A DNA stretch of 42,673 bases from Myxococcota bacterium (GTDB taxonomy: Bacteria; Myxococcota_A; UBA796; CAJQPC01), in contig DASCPX010000182.1 in assembly GCA_036012755.1 (NCBI GenBank), positions 1-42,673 of the forward strand. Direction: 5' to 3'. Shown one piece after another: positions 21,693 through 31,269 of the stretch. A program made the position numbers and the translations under genes. Below the pieces are notes generated by a model. That model saw nothing but the letters and a program-made list of their open reading frames with translations, made no database searches and was not told the DNA's origin. Numbering within the stretch: the first letter of the stretch is position 1; each line of letters starts with the position of its first letter.

Positions 21693-22591
21693 TCGAACCG
21701 ATCCTCGGCGGCGTGGCCCAGAGCCCGGCAGACCGCTGCGAGCCCTTGCTCAGGGCGGGCAACACGAACTGCGGCGGCTGCGGCATGAGCGTGGCCTTGC
21801 ACTTCCTGAGTCGCGCCATCGCCGACAGACCCGTGCAGTTCGTGATCCCGGCATGCTGCGGCATCGTCACGGCCGGGCCCTTTCCGACCTCGGCCTACGG
21901 CGCCCCCGTCATCGCCAGCACCTTCGCGGCGGCGGCGGCGGTGGCCACCGGGCTCGCCCGCGTCGCGGAGATCAACGGCGACGACACCCGGATCATCTGC
22001 TGGGCGGGCGACGGCGGGACCTATGACATCGGTCTCGCCACGGTCTCGGCGGCCGCCGAGCGGGACGAGGACATCCTCTACATCTGCTACGACAACGAGA
22101 TCTACGGCAACACCGGTGGGCAGCGCTCCTCCGCGACTCCGCTGGGCGCCGCGACCACCACGACGCCCACCGGCAAGACCCGGCCCAAGAAGGACATCGT
22201 GGGCATCATGGCGGCCCACGGTGTGCCATACGTGGCCTCGGTCTCGCTGGCCCACCCAGAGGATGCCTTCCGCAAGCTCCGCCACGCTTTGGACATGCGG
22301 GGCTTCCGCTTCCTGCACGTGCTCGCCCCCTGTCCCACGGGCTGGAAGTCAGAGCCCGCGGAGGGGATCGAGCTCATCCGCCTCGCCGTGCGCTCCGGTC
22401 TCTACGCGGTCTACGAGGTCTTCGACGGACACCGGCTGGAGATCAACGTCGAGCCCGAGCACTCCGTCGAGGCGCTCGAGCGCTACTTCGCCGCCCAGGG
22501 CCGCTTCCGCAAGGCGCACATCGACCACGACCGGGTCCGCGCCGAGATCGAGGAGAGCTGGCGCCGCCTGCGTATCCGCGCCGGAGCATAA
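21689..22591 (+). CDS. porB: 2-oxoacid:ferredoxin oxidoreductase beta subunit (TPP-binding)
   Basis: 'CGGCG', 'GDGGTYDIG', 'YDNEIYGNTGGQRSSATP', 'PCPTGW'. Confidence 0.88.
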   Translation: MIEPILGGVAQSPADRCEPLLRAGNTNCGGCGMSVALHFLSRAIADRPVQFVIPACCGIVTAGPFPTSAYGAPVIASTFAAAAAVATGLARVAEINGDDTRIICWAGDGGTYDIGLATVSAAAERDEDILYICYDNEIYGNTGGQRSSATPLGAATTTTPTGKTRPKKDIVGIMAAHGVPYVASVSLAHPEDAFRKLRHALDMRGFRFLHVLAPCPTGWKSEPAEGIELIRLAVRSGLYAVYEVFDGHRLEINVEPEHSVEALERYFAAQGRFRKAHIDHDRVRAEIEESWRRLRIRAGA

Positions 22592-22633
22592 GACCCCGAC
22601 GATTGCGTTCTCGTAGACGACGGCTTAGGTCAT

Positions 22634-22654
22634 CAGTATACAGACTGTATACTG
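22634..22654. promoter_or_regulatory. Perfect inverted repeat CAGTATACAG-A-CTGTATACTG, likely a repressor operator overlapping a TATACT -10-like hexamer
   Basis: 10-bp arms with a 1-bp spacer, AT-rich against a GC-rich background, 8 nt upstream of ATG 22663. Confidence 0.65.
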
Positions 22655-22662
22655 GAGAGCCG

Positions 22663-23445
22663 ATGCTGTCCCTGTTCCTCGTTGGCTGCGCCCCAACCCC
22701 GGTCGAAGCGCCGCGAGAGGTGACCGAGCTCGCGACCTGGATGTTCGCCGAGTTCGACGGGGAGCTCGCCCCCGGTGTGGAGGAGCTCGACACCTGGCTG
22801 GTGGACATGCCCCTGGACGGTGACCTCGAGGATCGCGTGATCGCCATGCCCGTGCTCTCCGAGCTCGGAGGGATCTCCGGTCCGGTGGGCGAGGATCCGG
22901 CGGACCAGCTCCCGGTCGCGGTCGCTGGGCTGAGCCGCCACGACATCGACACCCACTTCGGGCTGGTGGCGGAGGACAACCTCGTCTGCATCGAGTCCAA
23001 CACCACGACCTACTACCGCCGCGAGCACCTGAGCGACCCGGACTGCCTCGGCTCCGACTGCGACCGCGTCGACACCGAGAACGAGGTCCACAAGGAGTCG
23101 GTGATCGCGAGCGTCTGGTTCGACCTGTTCAAGGATCACCGCGCCCTGACGCTCTCTGATGGGCGCCAGGCGATGGTCGCTCGGAGCTGGATCGAGCAGA
23201 GCTACGAGGCCGACCGCGAGGGCTACAGCTGGGACCAGTTCTACACCCTCGAGGTGTGGATCGAGGAGGGCTCCGAGACCCGCCGTTTCCACACGGTGTG
23301 GTCGGCTGTGCACCTCGGCCCGGTCGGTCCGGACCTGTACACGACCACCGTCTACAAGGCGATCGACGAGGGCTTCACCAACTCCGACGACTTCGTGGAC
23401 GGCGAGCTCTGCGGCAACGACCGCGACCAGCTCTACGAGCGCTGA
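22663..23445 (+). CDS. Hypothetical lipoprotein
   Basis: Short signal with lipobox 'MLSLFLVG-C'; acidic Cys-containing mature region; host-like codon usage. Confidence 0.75.
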   Translation: MLSLFLVGCAPTPVEAPREVTELATWMFAEFDGELAPGVEELDTWLVDMPLDGDLEDRVIAMPVLSELGGISGPVGEDPADQLPVAVAGLSRHDIDTHFGLVAEDNLVCIESNTTTYYRREHLSDPDCLGSDCDRVDTENEVHKESVIASVWFDLFKDHRALTLSDGRQAMVARSWIEQSYEADREGYSWDQFYTLEVWIEEGSETRRFHTVWSAVHLGPVGPDLYTTTVYKAIDEGFTNSDDFVDGELCGNDRDQLYER

Positions 23446-25028
23446 GGGCCCAGGGCGTCGCTGGCTCGCTCGGCGATCATCATCACCGGCGCGTAGATGT
23501 TGCCGTTGGTCACCGTCGGCATGACCGAGGCGTCGACGACGTGAAGGCCCTCCAGCCCGTGGACCGACAGATCATCGGGGTGAACCACCGCCAGGGAATC
23601 GAGGCCCATCTTGCAGGTCCCGCAGGGATGCAGGGCCGTCTCTGCGTCCCGGGCGACCCAGTCCAGGATCTGCTCGTCTGTCTGGACCGTCGGACCCGGT
23701 GAGATCTCACCCCCGTCCAAAGCGGCCCAGGCCGGCTGGCTGAGGATGTGGCGGGCGCAGCGCACTGCTTCGACCCACTCGCGGCGGTCCTGCTCCGTGC
23801 TCAGGTAGTCGAAGCGCAGCGCCGGTTTGTCCCGCGGGTCGGCGCTCTTCAGGCTGAGGCGGCCCCTGGCGTCCGAGAGGTTGGGCCCCACGTGGACCTG
23901 GTAGCCGTGACCCTCCTCCGGCGCGGTGCCGTCGTAGCGGATGGCCAGCGGCAGGAAGTGGAACTGCACGTTCGGGTAGGCGGCGCCTGGACCGCTGCGC
24001 ACGAAGCCACCTGCCTCGAAGTGGTTGCTGGCGGCCTCGCCGGTCCGCCCGAAGAGCCACTTCAAGCCGATCCAGGGCTGACGCCACCACTTCAGCGCCG
24101 GGGCCAGCGACAGGGGCTGCTTGCAGCGATGCTGGATGTAGACCTCGAGGTGGTCCTGGAGGTTCTCGCCCACCCCCGGGAGCTCGTGGGCGACCTCGAT
24201 GCCCTGCTCGCGGAGGTGATCGGCGGGACCGATGCCGCTCAGCAGCAGCAGCTGGGGACTGTTGAAGGCGCCGCCGCAGAGGACCACCCGCCCGGCGTCG
24301 ACCCTCCGCAGCTGGCCGCGGTCCAGGAACTCCACGCCGACGGCGCGCCCTCCATCCAAGAGCACGCGTGTGGCCTGCGCGCGCGTGCGCAGCGAGAGGT
24401 TCGGCCGGGACCTGACCGGGTGGTAGTAGGCCCGGGCGGCGCTGAGACGGCGACCCTTGTGGATGTTCCGGTCGAAGGCGGCGAAGCCCTCCTGCTGCTG
24501 TCCGTTGACGTCCTCTGTCAGGGCATGTCCGGCTTGGCCGATGGCCTCGAAGAAGGCCGAGAACAGGGGGTTGTCGCAGGGCCCGACCTCCAGCTTCAGG
24601 GGTCCGTCGGTGCCGCGCAGGGGTCCGCCGCGCAGGCTCGACTCGGCCCTCTTGAAGTAGGGGAGGCAGGCCTCGTGGTCCCAGCGCTCCATGCCCTCGG
24701 CCCGGGCCCACCGATCGAAGTCCAGGGCGTTGCCGCGGATGTAGATCATCCCGTTGATGCTGCTGGAGCCCCCGAGCACCTTGCCCCGGGCGTGGTAGAT
24801 GCGCCGGCCGTTCATGTGTGGCTCGGGCTCGGACTCGTAGCACCAGTCGTACCAGGGGTTTCCGATGGGCGTGCTGAGCCCTGCCGGCATGTGGATGAAG
24901 ACATCCCACAGCCAGTCGGGTCGCCCCGCCTCCAGGACGAGCACCGAGTGTGCCGGGTCCGCCGAGAGCCGGTTCGCCAGCACGCAGCCCGCCGAGCCGC
25001 CGCCGACGATGACCGTGTCAGCCTTCAT
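23433..25028 (-). CDS. betA: Choline dehydrogenase (GMC oxidoreductase)
   Basis: '[16 protein letters not shown]', '[14 protein letters not shown]', '[13 protein letters not shown]', '[14 protein letters not shown]', '[13 protein letters not shown]'. Confidence 0.93.
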   Translation of the reverse strand: MKADTVIVGGGSAGCVLANRLSADPAHSVLVLEAGRPDWLWDVFIHMPAGLSTPIGNPWYDWCYESEPEPHMNGRRIYHARGKVLGGSSSINGMIYIRGNALDFDRWARAEGMERWDHEACLPYFKRAESSLRGGPLRGTDGPLKLEVGPCDNPLFSAFFEAIGQAGHALTEDVNGQQQEGFAAFDRNIHKGRRLSAARAYYHPVRSRPNLSLRTRAQATRVLLDGGRAVGVEFLDRGQLRRVDAGRVVLCGGAFNSPQLLLLSGIGPADHLREQGIEVAHELPGVGENLQDHLEVYIQHRCKQPLSLAPALKWWRQPWIGLKWLFGRTGEAASNHFEAGGFVRSGPGAAYPNVQFHFLPLAIRYDGTAPEEGHGYQVHVGPNLSDARGRLSLKSADPRDKPALRFDYLSTEQDRREWVEAVRCARHILSQPAWAALDGGEISPGPTVQTDEQILDWVARDAETALHPCGTCKMGLDSLAVVHPDDLSVHGLEGLHVVDASVMPTVTNGNIYAPVMMIAERASDALGPQRS

Positions 25029-25066
25029 GGGCCACCTCAGCGCTCCCTGGCGCGATAACGGGGTCG

Positions 25067-26500
25067 ATGCAGTCGCGGCAGCTCTTCATCGACGGAGCCG
25101 AGGTCCCCGCGTCCTCTGGGCGCAGCTTCCTCTCCCACGCCCCCGCCACTGGCGAAGCTCTCGCACGGATCGACGAGGCCAGCGCGGCGGACGTGGAGCG
25201 GGCGGTGGTCTCGGCAAAGGCGGGCTTCGAGGCCTGGTCGGCGATCCCCGCTCGAGAGCGCGGCCGGGTCCTGGCGAGGGCCGCGGGGTTGCTGAGAGAG
25301 CGCAACGAGGAGCTGGCTCACGTAGAGGTCCTCGACACCGGCAAGCCCATCGCAGAGGCCCTGGCGGTCGACGTGCACTCGGGCGCGGACTGCCTGGAGT
25401 ACTTCGCCGGCCTGGCGGACAAGCTGCACGGGGAGCACACGTCGCTGCCTGGCGCCTTCGTCTACACCCGGCGGGAGCCCCTCGGCGTCTGCGCTGGCAT
25501 CGGCGCGTGGAACTACCCCCTCCAGATCGCCTGCTGGAAGGCCGCGCCGGCGCTCGCTTGCGGCAACGCGATGGTCTTCAAGCCCTCCGAGCTGACCCCG
25601 CTGAGCGCCTACGGCCTCGCCGAGTGTCTGAGGGATGCGGGCCTTCCCCCCGGGGTCTTCAACCTCGTCCAGGGCGCGGCGGAGACCGGGGCTGCGCTGG
25701 TCGCTCATCCAGGCGTCGCCAAGGTCTCCCTCACCGGCGAGGTCGGGACGGGCAGGAAGGTGATGGCCGCGGCAGCGAGCACCCTGAAGCACGTGACGAT
25801 GGAACTCGGCGGCAAGTCACCGCTGTTGCTCTTCGATGACTGCGACCTCGACGCGGCGGTCCAGGGGGCCATCGACGCCAACTTCTTCACCCAGGGCGAG
25901 GTCTGCTCCAACGGCACGCGGGTCTTCGTGCACGAGAGCCTGCACGAGCGCTTCCTCGAGGCGCTGATCCCCCGGGTGCGTGCGCTGCGCGTTGGAGACC
26001 CGCTGGACCCACGGACCCAGGTCGGCAGCCTCATCAGCCGCGAGCACGCGGAGCGGGTCCTGGCCTACGTGGACGCCGGAGTGGCAGAGGGGGCGAGGAT
26101 GCTCTGCGGAGGACGGCTTATGGACCCGGCGCTGAGCGCGGGCGCCTTCGTGCTCCCCACGGTCTTCGCCGACTGCAAGGACTCCATGCGCATCGTCAGG
26201 GAGGAGATCTTCGGTCCGGTCATGTCGGTCCTGAGCTTCCGAGGACAAGACGAGGTGATCGAGCGCGCCAACGCCACCGAGTTCGGGCTGGCGGCCGGGG
26301 TCTACACCCGCGACATCGCCCGCGCCCATCGCGTCGTGGCCAGGCTCCAGGCGGGCACCTGCTGGATCAACAGCTACAACCTGACGCCCATCGAGATGCC
26401 CTTCGGCGGCATGAAGCAGTCGGGTCTGGGCCGGGAGAACGGCCGGGCGGCCCTGGATCACTACACGCAGCTCAAGAGCGTCTACGTGGCCCTGGACTGA
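25067..26500 (+). CDS. betB: Betaine aldehyde dehydrogenase
   Basis: '[26 protein letters not shown]', 'ELGGKSP', '[14 protein letters not shown]', 'EEIFGPV', 'YTQLKSVYV'; next to betA. Confidence 0.92.
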   Translation: MQSRQLFIDGAEVPASSGRSFLSHAPATGEALARIDEASAADVERAVVSAKAGFEAWSAIPARERGRVLARAAGLLRERNEELAHVEVLDTGKPIAEALAVDVHSGADCLEYFAGLADKLHGEHTSLPGAFVYTRREPLGVCAGIGAWNYPLQIACWKAAPALACGNAMVFKPSELTPLSAYGLAECLRDAGLPPGVFNLVQGAAETGAALVAHPGVAKVSLTGEVGTGRKVMAAAASTLKHVTMELGGKSPLLLFDDCDLDAAVQGAIDANFFTQGEVCSNGTRVFVHESLHERFLEALIPRVRALRVGDPLDPRTQVGSLISREHAERVLAYVDAGVAEGARMLCGGRLMDPALSAGAFVLPTVFADCKDSMRIVREEIFGPVMSVLSFRGQDEVIERANATEFGLAAGVYTRDIARAHRVVARLQAGTCWINSYNLTPIEMPFGGMKQSGLGRENGRAALDHYTQLKSVYVALD

Positions 26501-27158
26501 TCGCGGCAAGCAGGCCGGGGAGCTCCGCCAGGGAGCGTAGGACGTGGTCGGCGTGGGGCTCCAGGAGCTCCCTCGGGCTGGCTCCCGTGGTGACGGCGAC
26601 GGCCAGGGCCCCGGCTGCCCGCGCGGCGTGGAGGTCGTGCAGGGTGTCTCCCACCATCGCCACCTCGATCGGCTCGAGGCCGACGGCCTCGCAAAACGCC
26701 AGGACCATGCCCGGTCCCGGCTTGGTCCCGTGGCCGCCATCGCAGCCGGTCACGAAGTCCAGCTGTAGTCCGAGGGTCTCCGCCGTCTTCAGCGCCGCGG
26801 CCGTGGTGTCCATCGTCGCGATCCCCAGCCGAAGGCCCTTCAGGCGCTCGAAGACAGGCGCCAGCGGCAGGCTCGGCACGGGAATCGCCATCTCGGCGGC
26901 GAGCCGATCGAGGGCGGCACGGTCGAGGACGACTCGCCCCTCCCAGGTGTCCCAGACCTCGTCCAGAGTTCCACACGCCAGCGGCGAGCGGGGATCGATG
27001 AGGCCGCTCTCGTCCTGGCCCGCCAGCTCCAACAGCTCGAGCGCCAGGGCCGCGTCTGCTCCCGCCGCCATGGCCGCGCAGGCGTCGTAGGCCGGGCGCC
27101 AGGTCTGCTCGAAGTCGACCAGCGTGCCGTCCTTGTCGAAGAGCACGCCGCGGATCAT
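26472..27158 (-). CDS. HAD-family phosphatase
   Basis: Motif I 'FDKDGTL', 'KPGPGM', 'MVGDTLHD'. An alternative GTG start at 27176 overlaps the upstream stop. Confidence 0.85.
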   Translation of the reverse strand: MIRGVLFDKDGTLVDFEQTWRPAYDACAAMAAGADAALALELLELAGQDESGLIDPRSPLACGTLDEVWDTWEGRVVLDRAALDRLAAEMAIPVPSLPLAPVFERLKGLRLGIATMDTTAAALKTAETLGLQLDFVTGCDGGHGTKPGPGMVLAFCEAVGLEPIEVAMVGDTLHDLHAARAAGALAVAVTTGASPRELLEPHADHVLRSLAELPGLLAAISPGPRRRS

Positions 27159-27172
27159 GGTCCCTGGGCGCT

Positions 27173-27907
27173 TCACGTCTCGTCGCGGGTCCAGGGGTCC
27201 TCGCCAGAGGGCTTCATGACCCACATCTGGTAGAGCGAGGTGAGGATCATGAAGGCGCCGGCGAGGTTGTAGCCGGAGCCCCCGGCGATCGTGACGTAGG
27301 CGAAGCTCGGGTACCACTTGGTCATCCACCAGGCCCCGACGTCCAGCACCAGGGCGAGGAAGGGCAGGCCGATGACGGAGGCCTTGAGCCAGGGCGGCAC
27401 GCGCACGGTCATGCTGAAGATGCCCGCGACGAAGAAGAAGATGAAGGCGATGCCGAAGAGGTGGATGTGGGAGACCCGGGCGAGCGAGTCGATCGTCGCC
27501 CCCTCGTCGATCTCTGCGTAGGGCTTGACCCCTTCGTAGGTGGTGAAGGACGGCAGGCCGGCGATGGTGCCGTGGCAGCGCACGCAGTGCTCGGCGAAGG
27601 TGGCCCCGATGTCCTGATCCCAGGCCTCTCGAGGTGAGCCCGTCTGGATCCAGCGCACGATGTCGGCCCGGGCCTCTGTCGGGGCCTTGTCTCGCATGCT
27701 GCCCTTGAGCTTGGCCTCCAGGGTGCTCCCGCCGCGGTCCCCGTGGTAGCTGTAGACCACGTCCTCGACAGAGAGACCGAGCTCTCCGTCGGCCATGCCG
27801 TGGGTCAACAAGAGCTGCGTGGCCGACATGCACAGCCCGAGTCCGACCACGACGAGGTAGCCGGTGAAGAGCACGCGCAGAGGCAGCGACAGGCGGGTGA
27901 GGTTCAT
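27173..27907 (-). CDS. Polytopic membrane protein with a single CxxCH heme c motif
   Basis: N-terminal TM, soluble domain with 'CVRCH', then 'RVSHIHLFGIAFIFF' and about 3 more hydrophobic segments. Confidence 0.8.
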   Translation of the reverse strand: MNLTRLSLPLRVLFTGYLVVVGLGLCMSATQLLLTHGMADGELGLSVEDVVYSYHGDRGGSTLEAKLKGSMRDKAPTEARADIVRWIQTGSPREAWDQDIGATFAEHCVRCHGTIAGLPSFTTYEGVKPYAEIDEGATIDSLARVSHIHLFGIAFIFFFVAGIFSMTVRVPPWLKASVIGLPFLALVLDVGAWWMTKWYPSFAYVTIAGGSGYNLAGAFMILTSLYQMWVMKPSGEDPWTRDET

Positions 27908-27970
27908 GCGAGCCAAGCGGGACACCGATGGTATCGCACGAGTGGGCGAGCTCGGCCTGACGGCGCCTGC

Positions 27971-29179
27971 TCAGAACAGCTCGGTGTCGATGAAGTCCAG
28001 GTTCAACCTGCACAGGAGTCGGATCATGTTGTTGAGCTGGACCTCGACCGTGCCCTCGTAGCACTCGACAATCCGGTTGTCCCTGTAGCGCCGCTCGACG
28101 TCCTGCTCGAGCAGGTAGCCGTAGCCGCCGAAGACCGTGATGGCGTCGTCGATGACCGCCTTGGCCGTCTCGGGCGCGTAGTGCTTGGCCATGGAGGTGA
28201 GCATGCCGACCGCAGGTGCCATGCGGCCCGAGCGCTGATTGTCGTAGGCCCAGGCCGCGTGGTAGGTGCTCCACCTGGCGGACTGGATGCGGCTGAACAT
28301 CCGGGCCAGCTTGTGGCCGATGGCCTGGAACTCCACGATGGGCCGCCCGAACTGCTCCCGGGTGCGGGCGTGGGCCAGAGCGCGGAGGAAGGCCCCCTCC
28401 GCGTTGCCGAGGGCCTGTGCTGCGATCTCGATCCGACTCTGGTCCAGGAAGCGGAAGACGTTGGCCAGCCCCTCTCCCGGCTCGCCCAGGAGGTTGTCCT
28501 TCGGCACCTCCAGGCCTCTGAACACGACCTCGCCGCTGGAGGTCATCTTGAGGCCCATCTTGTGGCCGAGCTCGTTGACCTCGAGCTCCCCGCCCAGGTG
28601 CGTGGAGGGGTCCCGCTCCACCACGATGGTGCTCATCCCCCGGCCCGGGCGGGCTCCCGGGTCGTCCTGGGCGAGGACCACGAAGGTGTCGGCGTAGGCG
28701 GCGTTGGTCGTGAACACCTTCGTGCCGTCCAGCACGTAGCGGTCTCCGCGGTCGACGATGGTCGTGTTCACGCGAGTGAGGTCCGAGCCGTGATCCGGTT
28801 CGGTCAGGGAGATCGCCGTGACGGCTTCGCCGCGGGTGACGGGGCCCAGCCAGCGCTCCTGCTGCTCGGTGCTGCCTGCGAACTTGATGACCTTGCCTGG
28901 AAGGCTGGCGAGGTGGACCGCCATGCCGATGCCGGAGTCCGCCTTGCAGAACTCCTCGATCACGATGACGTTCTCGAGCACTCCGAGGCCCCCGCCGCCG
29001 ATCTCCTCTGGGAAGTCGAGGCCGACGAAACCCAACTCCGCGGCGGCCTTGAACAGCTCGGCGGGGAAGGCGTGGCGGAGCTCGTGGTCCTGGGCGCGCT
29101 CGGGGGTGAACTCTCCCCGGGCGAACTCGCGGGCCGCTCGCTTGATGTCCCTCTGCTCCGGCGTCAGCGAAAAGTCCAT
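27971..29179 (-). CDS. Acyl-CoA dehydrogenase
   Basis: 'MDFSLTPEQ', 'LTEPDHGSD', 'GTKVFTTN', 'KMGL', 'REQFGRPI', 'FGGYGY', 'YEGT' with the catalytic Glu. Confidence 0.93.
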   Translation of the reverse strand: MDFSLTPEQRDIKRAAREFARGEFTPERAQDHELRHAFPAELFKAAAELGFVGLDFPEEIGGGGLGVLENVIVIEEFCKADSGIGMAVHLASLPGKVIKFAGSTEQQERWLGPVTRGEAVTAISLTEPDHGSDLTRVNTTIVDRGDRYVLDGTKVFTTNAAYADTFVVLAQDDPGARPGRGMSTIVVERDPSTHLGGELEVNELGHKMGLKMTSSGEVVFRGLEVPKDNLLGEPGEGLANVFRFLDQSRIEIAAQALGNAEGAFLRALAHARTREQFGRPIVEFQAIGHKLARMFSRIQSARWSTYHAAWAYDNQRSGRMAPAVGMLTSMAKHYAPETAKAVIDDAITVFGGYGYLLEQDVERRYRDNRIVECYEGTVEVQLNNMIRLLCRLNLDFIDTELF

Positions 29180-29198
29180 GCTCGGCTCTCCTGTTGCC

Positions 29199-30134
29199 CT
29201 AGCGGGCCAGCTTGTCCCGCAGCACTGGGAGCACGCGGAACATGTCGTCGACGATGCCGTAGTGGGCGACGTCGAAGATGGGCGCGGCGGGGTCGCTGTT
29301 CACCGCGATGATGGTGTCGGCCTGGCGCATGCCGGCGAGGTGCTGGAAGGCGCCGCTGATGCCGAGGGCCAGGTACAGCCGAGGGCGCACGACCTTGCCA
29401 GAGGTGCCCACTTGCCGGCTCTTGGGCAGCCAGCCCTTGTCCGCCACCGGCCGCGAGCAGGACAGGGTCGCCCCGAGCAGCTCTGCCAGCTCCCGCACGG
29501 GGGCGAGGTTCTCTGGCTTTCCGAGGCCACGGCCGACAGAGACCAGGACCTCTGCCGCCGCGATGTCCACGTCCTCGAGCTCGGCTTCGATGTGGCGGAC
29601 GAAGCGCCTCGTGCGAGGCGGGCCCAACGGACCCAGGACCTCGATCACACAGTCACCGCCTGGGTTCGCGGGCTCGAAGGCTGCTGCGCGGACGGTGGCT
29701 ACGACGGTGGGAGCGGGCTTCAGGACGAGGTCCTCCTGGACCTTGCCTCCGTAGCGGTGACGCCGCGCTCCGAGCGCTCCGTCCTGCATGGTCAGACCCG
29801 CGCAGTCCGTCACCAGCGGCAGGCCGGATGCCGCCGCGAAGGCGGGGGCGAGGTCCATGCCCTCTGCCGTGTGTCCGATGAGCACGAGCTCGGGCTCGAC
29901 GGCCGCGATCACTGCGCCCAGGGCCTCCAGCCAGGGCTCGAGGTCATAGGCGGTGGTCCCCGGAACCACCAGCACCCTGTCGGCTCGCGACCGCAGGTCC
30001 TCGGCCAGGCCCTCGGCCCCGATCAGCAGGACGCTGGTCGGTCCCCCGATCCGCCGGGCCGCGGATAGCATCTCCAGGGTGATCGCTCGCAGCGCGCCGC
30101 CGCGGTGCTCCGCCAGGACCAGGACGCCAGGCAT
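29199..30134 (-). CDS. etfA: Electron transfer flavoprotein alpha subunit
   Basis: 'SVGRG', 'SRPVAD.GW', 'QVGTSGKVVRP', 'GISGAFQHLAGM', 'AVNSDPAAPIF'. Confidence 0.95.
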   Translation of the reverse strand: MPGVLVLAEHRGGALRAITLEMLSAARRIGGPTSVLLIGAEGLAEDLRSRADRVLVVPGTTAYDLEPWLEALGAVIAAVEPELVLIGHTAEGMDLAPAFAAASGLPLVTDCAGLTMQDGALGARRHRYGGKVQEDLVLKPAPTVVATVRAAAFEPANPGGDCVIEVLGPLGPPRTRRFVRHIEAELEDVDIAAAEVLVSVGRGLGKPENLAPVRELAELLGATLSCSRPVADKGWLPKSRQVGTSGKVVRPRLYLALGISGAFQHLAGMRQADTIIAVNSDPAAPIFDVAHYGIVDDMFRVLPVLRDKLAR

Positions 30135-30883
30135 CAGCGACCTCCGAGCCGCTCGTGGATGATCCGCGCGGCTCTCTCGCAGATCTCGCTGAGGCTCCCC
30201 TCCAGCATCTCGGCTCCCTCGCCCCGCTGGGGCAGTGAGAGCCGGGAGTGTTGGATCGCCGAGGACTCCACGGGGCCAGCGTCGAGCACCTCGATCTCGA
30301 TGCGGCGGACACGACGGATCCCCATCACCGAGACGTAGCGGCGCTGGCTGATCCCTGTCTGCACGGTGACGAGGGCTGGCAGATCCAGGTCCACCTCTTC
30401 GATGGTGTTGGCCTCCAGCTCCCGTCTCACGCGAACGCTGCGCTCGCGCAGCTCCAAGCCCACCGCGAGGGCGGCGTGGGGGATCCCGAGCATGGCAGCG
30501 AGGGCTGGTCCCACGAGTCCCTGGCAGGTGTCCGATGCCATCGCGCCGGTGAGGACCAGGTCACAGGGGCGCTCGCGGATGACAGCGGCGATGGCTCGGG
30601 CGATGCCCATGCCTTCTGCCCCATGGGCCTCTACGCGCACCGCGTGGTCGGCTCCCATCGCCAGGGCTCGGCGTAGAACGGTCTCCTCGGGGCCGACGGT
30701 CAGCACGGTGACCTTGGCGCCGTGGGCCTCCTTGATGCGCACCGCCGTCTCGACGGCGTAGTCGTCCCACTCGTTGATCCCCAGGACGAGGTCCTCTCGC
30801 TCCAGCTCGGTCCCTGCCTCGTTCAACTCCAGGTCGACATCGGTGATGTCCGCGACCTGCTTGATGCACACGACGATGTCCAT
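30134..30883 (-). CDS. etfB: Electron transfer flavoprotein beta subunit
   Basis: 'MDIVVCIKQV', 'INEWDDYAVE', 'ALAMGAD', 'RRELE', 'LPALVTVQTG'; GGAG upstream of ATG 30883. Confidence 0.93.
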   Translation of the reverse strand: MDIVVCIKQVADITDVDLELNEAGTELEREDLVLGINEWDDYAVETAVRIKEAHGAKVTVLTVGPEETVLRRALAMGADHAVRVEAHGAEGMGIARAIAAVIRERPCDLVLTGAMASDTCQGLVGPALAAMLGIPHAALAVGLELRERSVRVRRELEANTIEEVDLDLPALVTVQTGISQRRYVSVMGIRRVRRIEIEVLDAGPVESSAIQHSRLSLPQRGEGAEMLEGSLSEICERAARIIHERLGGR

Positions 30884-30944
30884 GCCGGCACTCCAGCCCT
30901 TCCTTAGCCTCCGCGACTCGGTCGAGCCGGCGTACCATCGCCGC

Positions 30945-31266
30945 GTGGAATGCCCCGACTGCAAGCAGACACTCACCACCGCGCTCGTCCTGGAGACCCA
31001 GGACGGATGACCGGCCCGTGTACACCGATCACCAGTGGTGGCGCTGCGAGGGTTGCGGAGCGTGCTTCTTCGCCATCCTGGTCGAGGACAAGACCAACAT
31101 CTTCAACGACGACCTCGAGCACCGCGGCTACCGGCCAAAGCCCGAGGACTGGCAGCGCAGCATGGACGAAGCCTCGGCCTGTCCCCGCTCGCGCGACAAG
31201 AGCTGCACCTGCGAGGTCCACCAGAGTCCGCCCACGGCTTATGGGGCCTTCGCCTGGTCGACCTGA
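30945..31266 (+). pseudogene. Small Cys-rich (zinc-binding-like) protein split by a +1 frameshift near 31005
   Basis: GTG-ECPDCKQTLTTALVLETQD reads into 'DRPVYTDHQWWRCEGCGAC...CPRSRDKSCTCEVH' only after a one-base shift; could be an assembly error. Confidence 0.6.
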
Positions 31267-31269
31267 GAG

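Noticed and set aside
27177..28274. 600-aa ORF suggesting a long HAD fusion
   Set aside because: The upstream part is an off-frame overlap with the CxxCH gene and the acyl-CoA dehydrogenase; only 26472-27158 (or 27176) is HAD.
27971..30883. Electron-bifurcating ETF-Bcd complex
   Set aside because: EtfB lacks the 'DGDT.QV'-like motif I associate with bifurcating ETFs; nothing distinguishes it from a standard ETF plus ACAD.
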